Part shown: positions 57,519 through 64,000 of the stretch, one piece after another | Layout of the letters: each line of letters begins with the position of its first letter | How positions within the stretch are numbered: the first letter of the stretch is position 1 | DNA from: Candidatus Rokuibacteriota bacterium | Lineage (GTDB): Bacteria > Methylomirabilota > Methylomirabilia > Rokubacteriales > CSP1-6 | Assembly: GCA_016184125.1 (NCBI GenBank) | Contig: JACPDG010000051.1 | Span: forward strand, 7,983-71,982 | Direction of reading: 5' to 3' | DNA: 64,000 bases | The notes under the pieces: model-generated | Told to the model about the DNA's origin: nothing | The model's database searches: none | The model's input: only the letters and a program-made list of their open reading frames with translations | Program-made: the position numbers and the translations under genes

Positions 57519-59116
57519 ATGGCCACGTTCGCGCGGGTGCGTCTCCTGCTCGCCACGAGCATCATTCTCACGGTGTTTCTCCCATCTGTCGCGGGCGCCG
57601 ACGCGCGCGTCGTCGACTGCGCCGCGGGGCGGCGGATCGGATCGGCGTTGCGGATGCCGGCCGGCCGGCAGCTCCTCGTGATCGTCAAGGGCACGTGCAC
57701 GGAGAACGTCGCCGTCGCGCGCGACGACGTGACCCTGCGTGGAGATGCGGTGACGGGCGGTGGGATCAGCGCCGCCGATCCGGCGCGGGCCACGGTGCTC
57801 GTCGACGGCCGCAAGGGCGTCGTGCTGGATCTCCTCACCGTGTCGGGCGGCCAGAGCGGGATCACCGGCACCAACGGCGCCGTGTTCGCCATCCAGAACT
57901 CGACCGTGGAGCAGAACGTCCAGAACGGCATCGTCGCGAGCGTCGGCTCCGCGGTGACGCTGGCATCGAGCCGCGTCCGGAACAACGGCGCCAGCGGCAG
58001 CACGGCCCCCGAACGGGCGGGATGGGGGTATCCGGTTGACTCCGGGAACCCCCACCGGTAGCGACCTTCGGGGCGTAGCCCCGGCGACGAAGAACGGCGC
58101 GGTCCACCTGGGGCTCATGGGGTTGATCGGTAGTGGTGTCGACCGGAGCCAACCGGATACCCCCTTCGGGCGGGAATCAGGATCACGGATAACTCGGCGG
58201 CTGCGGTCATCGGCTCTGAGGTGTCGGGGAACGCGGATCACGGGATCCTCGTCACGCGCGGCAGCACCGCGCGCATCGGCGTCGACCTCTCGGGGGCGGC
58301 CGCGTCGAACACGATCGCGACGAACGGCGGCAACGGCATCACCGTGTACCAGAGCTCGCAGGCCCTCATCCGCGGAAACCTGTTGCAGTCGAACGGCCGT
58401 GGATCTCAGTCGAGGGGAGCAGCGCGACGATCACCGGGAACACGATCGAGTCGAGCACGCGCGCCGGCATCACGCTGAACAACGGGGGCACCGCGCGCAT
58501 CGGCGTGACCGACCTGGGAGCGGCGCTCGGCAACGTCATCCGGTCCAACGGCGGCGACGGGATCGACATCTTCCAGGCCTCGAACGCCCTCCATTTCGGC
58601 AACACCGTCGAGCAGAACAGCGGCACGGGCCTCTTCGTCGCCCGCGCGACGGCGCGGATGCTCGGGGGCCACACGATCCAGAACAACGGCAACCACGGGA
58701 TCTGGGTCGGCGCAGGCGCCAGCCTGTACCAGGGAGCCGGCGGCGGTTTCACCCTCACGCCGAGCCACGACACGATCACCGGCAACGGCAACACGTCGGG
58801 CGGCTCGGGCGTGTACAGCAACGGCACGTCGGTCGTCGAGCTCACCGATGCGACGATCAGCGACAACGCCAGGCACGGGATATGGGCTCGCCAGCAGGTG
58901 TCCATACGGCTCGCGCGCACCACGGTGGCGGTTCGCGTGGTGAACGGCACGCCCACCGGGAACGCGATCGACCTCGCGCTCGGCTCGAACGTCGACCTGA
59001 CCGCGGGCCCGCCGCCCGTGGGCGTCCAGGGCGACCTCCATTGCGCCGACGCGTCGTCACACGTGTCCGGCGACGTCTCCGGACTCACCGGCGCGAACGA
59101 CTGCACGAGCTTCTGA
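57519..59116 (+). pseudogene. Secreted right-handed beta-helix (NosD/pectin-lyase-like) gene broken by a MITE and a 1-bp deletion
   Basis: Signal peptide, N-GI repeats; same frame either side of the insert; shift at 58401-58402; ~481 aa if repaired. Confidence 0.82.
58023..58166. mobile_element. 144-bp MITE with 22-bp inverted repeats and 9-bp target duplication
   Basis: GGGGGTATCCGGTTGACTCCGG (58024-45) / CCGGAGCCAACCGGATACCCCC (58143-64); CGGGCGGGA at 58014-22 and 58167-75. Confidence 0.85.
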
Positions 59117-59257
59117 GCAGCCGCGCGCGCTTCCCGGCGGCAACCGAGGCTCCTCGCTGACGGATCGGCGGGCGAGCGACATCGTGGGGCCATGACGTCC
59201 TCCGTTGGTGACGACGGGCCCGCGACGAACGGCCACACGTTCTGGTAACCTCGTGGC

Positions 59258-60046
59258 ATGCAACTCGCCGACATCGACGCCCTGCTCGATCGCCACCGGG
59301 AACGGTTCCGCCGGCTTCTCGAGGAAATCGCCGCCGAGGAGGCGGGCGAAGATCCATTTGCCTTCCCGCTCGAACGGTTCAAGGCGCTGAGTGAAGACGA
59401 GAAAGCCACCCTCGTGGAGCGGGCATCGATCATCGCCCGCACGCGTGTCGAGCGCGAGTTCGAGCGGCGTCGTGCTGCTTGGCTGATTGTCGTCGGCGAC
59501 GACGTCGTGGCCGCCTCCCCGGACGCGACGGCCTTGCCCCCGCCCGAGGAGGTCCTGCGCCTCGGCGAGCCGAGTGGGCGTGTGGCCTATCTGTTCGAGG
59601 CGCCGCTGGTCGAGGAGTCGCTGGCCTGGAGATCCTCGTGGAGCCTGCTCCAGGGACCCGATCGATACCCGACGCTGCCTCTCGCCATCCAGGGCCCGCC
59701 GAGTCCACGCGGGATCGTCGCGGATCTCGACACGGGGTCGCCGGCGACATTCGTCGACGCCGGCCTCGTTGCGGCCCCCGTGACGACGTGGTTCACCGGA
59801 CACCATCTCGGAAGCCGCTTCATGTGGTCACCTGCACGTGTAGACTTCGAGATCACGCCGGTCGATGGTCAGCCGCGACGCGGCTCACTGGCAATCCGTC
59901 GCGTGCGAGGCTGGCGAGCCTCTCCATTCGTGCGTGTCAATCCAGCGCGGACGATGCTGGTCGGCCGCGACATGCTGCGCGCCTTCGGGCTGACGATCCT
60001 GCTCGCGGCATCGCGCGCGCAGAGCGAAGTGGTTGAGGCGCGCTGA
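59258..60046 (+). CDS. DUF5678-like domain fused to a retropepsin-like aspartyl protease
   Basis: IVADLDTGS catalytic motif, LVGRDML psi-loop; WLIVVGDDVVAAS N-domain. Confidence 0.62.
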   Translation: MQLADIDALLDRHRERFRRLLEEIAAEEAGEDPFAFPLERFKALSEDEKATLVERASIIARTRVEREFERRRAAWLIVVGDDVVAASPDATALPPPEEVLRLGEPSGRVAYLFEAPLVEESLAWRSSWSLLQGPDRYPTLPLAIQGPPSPRGIVADLDTGSPATFVDAGLVAAPVTTWFTGHHLGSRFMWSPARVDFEITPVDGQPRRGSLAIRRVRGWRASPFVRVNPARTMLVGRDMLRAFGLTILLAASRAQSEVVEAR

Positions 60047-60568
60047 AGCACCGCGGCGGGTTCCGCTCGCACGCCTGCCGGCCCGCTTGTTGGCGGGTGA
60101 GAGCACGTTGCGGATGGCCAGGAAGGCTTCGCGGACTCGTTCGGGCTCGGGGGGGGCTCGCCACGCGCACCGGCCGGGGCAGGAGGACGACCACGTCGAG
60201 CGCGTCGACCGGCGCGTCCCGCCGGCCCGGCGCGGGCTTCATCCACGCCAGCGGAACGTGAGGCCGGGCAGCTCCGGATCACCCCGGAGTTCGGTCGCAA
60301 GCGACACGTCCTGCGGCGCCTGCCCCCGGGCGGCGTCCTGACCCGGCCACTCTCCACAATGGCCATTCCCGCCATTCCAGACAGCCTACAGGACCGTCCA
60401 GCTTCGAGGCAGCCGTTTGCCCCCCGAACAGGGCCAGCGGCTGCACGGGCATCGCCGGGCCCGCGAAATCCCGGGCGAACGGCGGGCACGACGCCGTGGT
60501 ACGTGTCTTGCCGTTTCCTCGCGATGGTAGCCATCCCATTACGCGCGCATCGCTTCTGAGGTGACGGC

Positions 60569-60748
60569 ATGCAGAAACTGGCCACGGCAAGGCACCGGGT
60601 GGGCATCCTCGGCGACTTCTTCGAATTCCTCTGGGAACGGAAGCTCTGGTGGATGATCCCCATGTTCGCGATCGTGGCCGTGCTCGGGCTCCTGATGGTG
60701 TTCGCGCAGGGCTCGGCGTTCGCCCCCTTCATCTATACCTTATTCTGA
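60569..60748 (+). CDS. DUF5989 family small membrane protein (59 aa)
   Basis: FFEFLWERKLWWMIP...QGSAFAPFIYTLF. Confidence 0.88.
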   Translation: MQKLATARHRVGILGDFFEFLWERKLWWMIPMFAIVAVLGLLMVFAQGSAFAPFIYTLF

Positions 60749-60864
60749 TGGGGGGCCCCGACATGGCCCCCCATACCCCACCCCATACCCCCCCAGTGCT
60801 CGGAAGCGGCCCGGGGGACCCGGGCCGCTCCTCGGCTTCGCGCTCGGCCCAAGGGGGCCCCGAC
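60748..60864 (+). repeat. G6/C6-hairpin repeat family 1, copy I
   Basis: ATGGGGGGCCCCGACATGGCCCCCCATACCCCACCCC...; flanked by direct GGGGGCCCCGAC. Confidence 0.85.
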
Positions 60865-61098
60865 GTGCGACACGCCTTGCGCGCGGTCTGGGCGGGCTGG
60901 AAGCGCGTCGCCTTCTGGATCGGAGACAAGCAGGCGACCCTGATCTACGCGCTGCTCTACTTCGTCCTCATCGGTCCCGTCGCGCTCGTCCGGCGCTGCG
61001 TGGCCGACCCGCTCCAGTACCGGGCGCGCGGCAAGCCGAGCTTCTGGCTTCCACGACCGCTGACACCGCCGACGCTCGACGCCGCGAGGAGGCAGTGA
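60865..61098 (+). CDS. SxtJ-like small membrane protein (may start at ATG 60748 through the repeat)
   Basis: W..WKRVAFWIG...LLYFVLIGPVAL...DPLQ...SFW...RQ; typical position before carbamoyltransferase. Confidence 0.7.
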   Translation: MRHALRAVWAGWKRVAFWIGDKQATLIYALLYFVLIGPVALVRRCVADPLQYRARGKPSFWLPRPLTPPTLDAARRQ

Positions 61099-62891
61099 CG
61101 ATGCACGTCCTCGGGATCAGCTGCCACTATCACGACGCCGCGGCCGCGCTGCTCCGGGACGGGGAGCTGGTCGCGGCGGTCCAGGAAGAGCGATTCTCTC
61201 GCAGGAAGCACGACCCGGGCTTCCCGGAACGGGCGATCCAGTTCTGTCTCGACAAGGCCGGGATCACCGCCGCGGATTTGGACTGGGTCGTCTTCTACGA
61301 GAAGCCGTTCGCCAAGGCCGAGCGGCTCATGTCGACGATCCTCGCGACCTTCCCGCGCTCGCGCCGGCTCTTCCGCGACGGGATGCACTTCCTCTTCAAG
61401 GAGAAGTTCTGGATCAAGGACGTGATCCGCGCGAGGCTCGGCATCGATCCCCGGCGCATCCTCTTCATCGACCACCATCTGTCCCATGCCGCCAGCGCGC
61501 TCTACGCCTCGCCGTTCGAGGAGGCCGCCATCCTGACGGTGGACGGCGTCGGCGAGTGGACCACCGCGACGTGCGGGCGGGGGCGAGCGGACTGGGTGCG
61601 CGGCGACGGCAACGCCATCCAGCTCACGCACGAGCTCAGGTTCCCGCACTCGGTCGGCCTGCTCTACTCCGTGTTCACCGCGTTCCTCGGCTTCGAAGTC
61701 AACGAGGGCGAATACAAGGTCATGGGCATGGCGCCCTTCGGCGAGCCGAAGTACGTCGACCGGGTGCGCGCGATCCTGGAGCTCTGCGAGGACGGCAGCC
61801 TGTGGCTCGATCCCGACTACGTCAGCTTCCCGTATCACACCGAGCGGTCGTTCACGCGCAGGTTCGAGACGCTCTTCGGCGCCCCCCGCGATCCGCGCGC
61901 GCGCTTCGTGACGGCGAAGACGTCGCTCTTCGACGACCCGAACCCGCCCGCGCCACAGGAGCTCGAACGCAACCAGTACTACGCGGATCTCGCAGCGAGC
62001 ATCCAGAAGGTGACGGAAGACGTGATGATCGCGATGGCCCGGCATCTCCACTGCCGGACGGGCCTCACGAAGCTGTGCCTTGCCGGCGGCGTCGCGCTCA
62101 ACTGCGTCGCGAACTACAAGGTGCTCCGCGCGACGCCCTTCGAGGAGATCTTCGTGCAGCCGGCGGCGGGGGATGCGGGCGGCGCCCTCGGCGCGGCGCT
62201 CTACGTCTACCACGTCCTCCTCGGCAAACCGCGGCGGTACGTCATGGACCACGCCTACCTGGGGAAGACGTACGACGAGGCGGAGATCGTCGACACGCTC
62301 CGGCGTGCGGGATGGCGCTACGAGGTGTGCGCCGACGACGAGGCGGCGCTGGACCGCGTCGTGGACTCGCTCCAGCGCGGGGAAGTCATCGGGTGGTACC
62401 ACGGCGCCTTCGAATGGGGGCCGCGGGCCCTCGGCGCGCGCTCCATCATCGCGGACGCGCGGCGCGCGGACATGAAGGACATCGTCAACATCAAGATCAA
62501 GTTCCGCGAGCCGTTCCGGCCGTTCGCACCCTCGGTGCTCGCGGAGAAGGCCGCGGACTGGTTCGATCTGGGCGACGCCGGCAAGCACTACCCGACGCGC
62601 TTCATGCTCTACGTCACCCAGGTCGCGAACGACCGCGTGCCCGCTATCACCCACGCCGACGGCTCCGCCCGGCCGCAGGCCGTGCATCGCAATTTCAGCT
62701 CGCGCTACTACCGCCTCATCGAGAAGTTCGACGAGGCGACGGGCGTGCCGATGATCCTCAACACGTCCTTCAACCTCAAGGGTGAGCCGATCGTCGGCTC
62801 CCCGGCCGACGCGCTCGACACGTTCTCGAAGAGCGGGATGGACATGCTCGCGCTCGAGAACGTCCTCGTCCGCAAGGCGCGCCCGGCGTGA
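61095..62891 (+). CDS. Carbamoyltransferase (NodU/CmcH family)
   Basis: HDAAA, HHLSHAAS, VDGVGE, GEYKVMG, AGGVALNC, EWGPRALGARS, NTSFN. Confidence 0.95.
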   Translation: MTMHVLGISCHYHDAAAALLRDGELVAAVQEERFSRRKHDPGFPERAIQFCLDKAGITAADLDWVVFYEKPFAKAERLMSTILATFPRSRRLFRDGMHFLFKEKFWIKDVIRARLGIDPRRILFIDHHLSHAASALYASPFEEAAILTVDGVGEWTTATCGRGRADWVRGDGNAIQLTHELRFPHSVGLLYSVFTAFLGFEVNEGEYKVMGMAPFGEPKYVDRVRAILELCEDGSLWLDPDYVSFPYHTERSFTRRFETLFGAPRDPRARFVTAKTSLFDDPNPPAPQELERNQYYADLAASIQKVTEDVMIAMARHLHCRTGLTKLCLAGGVALNCVANYKVLRATPFEEIFVQPAAGDAGGALGAALYVYHVLLGKPRRYVMDHAYLGKTYDEAEIVDTLRRAGWRYEVCADDEAALDRVVDSLQRGEVIGWYHGAFEWGPRALGARSIIADARRADMKDIVNIKIKFREPFRPFAPSVLAEKAADWFDLGDAGKHYPTRFMLYVTQVANDRVPAITHADGSARPQAVHRNFSSRYYRLIEKFDEATGVPMILNTSFNLKGEPIVGSPADALDTFSKSGMDMLALENVLVRKARPA

Positions 62892-64000
62892 AGCGCCGCC
62901 TGGCGCTCGTCGTGCTCGCCGTCGTCGGAGCGGTGGCGCCGCTCCTGGCCCTCGAGATCGGCCTGCGCGTGCTCTATCCGCAGACGCGCATCATGACGGT
63001 GGACGAGCGGTTCGGCAGCCGGCCGCAGCCGAACCTGAACCTGCGCCGCGCCTACGGCGGACACGAGCGCGTGGTGACGATCCGGACCAACGCGCTCGGA
63101 CTGAGAGGCGCCGAGACGCCGGCCGCGAAGCTCCCGGGTGTCAAGCGCGTGCTCGCGCTCGGCGACTCGTTCACCTTCGGCGACGCCGTCGAGCTCGACG
63201 AGACGTGGCCGCGACGCCTCGAGGCCCGCCTGAACGAGTCCGGCGGCCCACGGCGCGTCGAGGTCGTGAACGCGGGGGTGAGCGGCTGGGGCACGGGCCA
63301 CCAGCTGCTGTTCGCCCGGGCCTTCGCTGATCGACTCGCGCCCGACCTCGTGGTCCTCGCGTTCTCCGTCGTGAACGACGTGCTCGACAACCTCTGCGTC
63401 GACGAGGCGACGTACCGGCCACGCACGAACGCGCCGTGCTTCACGGTCGACGGCGGACGCCTGCGCTTCGAGCCACCGGCTCCTGCGCCACCGCGGGTCC
63501 GTCACGCCTCGCTGGTCGGCGGCTCGCGCGTGGCGCAGCTGCTGGTCGCGCAGATCAAGCGTCTGACCCTCTCCCGCCCGGCGGTCGTCGGCCTGGCGCG
63601 CGACCTCGGCGTGCCCGTCGAGCTGCCCTATCTGCCGGCAACCATCGCGAGCTGGTACGACGACCGGTACCGCGAGCGTGGCTGGGAGCTGACGCGCCGG
63701 CTGCTCGGCGAGCTGAAGCGGACCCTCGACGCCCGCTCGATTCCACTCGTCGTGCTCGTCGTTCCCGCCTCCGTCCAGGCCGAGGGCGACGGCGGTGGCA
63801 AGCGAGCCATCCTCGAGATGCTGGGCGGCGGCAACGCGGCCGTGCACGCGTTCCTCGCGGACCCGACGAAGCCGCAGCGGCTCCTCCGCGACTACTGCGC
63901 GGACGCGCGCGTCCCCTGCGTCGATCCGCTGCCGGCGCTCCTCGAGCGTCGCGCGCAGGGAGACACCGTCTATTACCCGCTCGACCAGCACTGGACACCC
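62888..64000 (+). CDS. SGNH/GDSL hydrolase family membrane-anchored protein, 3' truncated by window edge
   Basis: Manual frame from GTG 62888: N-terminal TM, NALGLRG, LALGDSFTFG, VVNAGVSGWG, YPLDQHW. Confidence 0.85.
   Translation, partial: MKRRLALVVLAVVGAVAPLLALEIGLRVLYPQTRIMTVDERFGSRPQPNLNLRRAYGGHERVVTIRTNALGLRGAETPAAKLPGVKRVLALGDSFTFGDAVELDETWPRRLEARLNESGGPRRVEVVNAGVSGWGTGHQLLFARAFADRLAPDLVVLAFSVVNDVLDNLCVDEATYRPRTNAPCFTVDGGRLRFEPPAPAPPRVRHASLVGGSRVAQLLVAQIKRLTLSRPAVVGLARDLGVPVELPYLPATIASWYDDRYRERGWELTRRLLGELKRTLDARSIPLVVLVVPASVQAEGDGGGKRAILEMLGGGNAAVHAFLADPTKPQRLLRDYCADARVPCVDPLPALLERRAQGDTVYYPLDQHWTP

Noticed and set aside
58023-58166. Group II intron remnant
   Set aside because: No GTGCG 5' end or domain V; TIR plus TSD fit a MITE
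60050-60340. Possible degraded minus-strand gene fragments (LAWMKP...; ERVREAFLAIRNVL)
   Set aside because: Needs several frameshifts and no family is recognisable
3271-60864. Family-1 repeats as CRISPR repeats, tRNAs or simple terminators
   Set aside because: Dispersed, not arrayed with spacers; no cloverleaf or CCA; no U-tract; several are inside reading frames

Overview
Very GC-rich bacterial DNA. The gene set and style suggest Candidatus Rokubacteria / Methylomirabilota, but this is inference; no marker gene is present. About 50 genes are mostly housekeeping or scavenging: CoA transferase, nucleoside hydrolase/ribokinase, NagZ, FabH, AroQ, carboxyltransferase, GTP-PEPCK, CobS/CobC, E1 alpha/beta, peptide ABC transporter, GGT, amidase and acylase. 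Highlights: (1) an 8.7-23.7 kb locus with a PAS histidine kinase, a sigma-54 activator, a stand-alone mini copy of the activator's DNA-binding domain, two sets of paired palindromic enhancer-like sites plus -24/-12 promoters, a ~1950-aa MnxG-like multicopper oxidase and its accessory genes, converging on (2) a complete type II secretion cluster with a lipoprotein secretin; (3) a hidden UGA-recoded SelW/Rdx selenoprotein; (4) a dispersed G6/C6-hairpin repeat family (9 loci) that often reads in frame through gene termini, plus a second palindromic repeat; (5) an ECF sigma factor fused to a membrane/exported domain; (6) an ISCR/IS91-type accessory patch with a 19-bp tandem array, a MITE-disrupted beta-helix pseudogene and a DUF5678-retropepsin-like fusion; (7) the start of a DUF5989/SxtJ-like/carbamoyltransferase/SGNH cluster. 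No rRNA, tRNA or CRISPR array was recognised. Family calls come from motif recognition by eye; no database searches were run.
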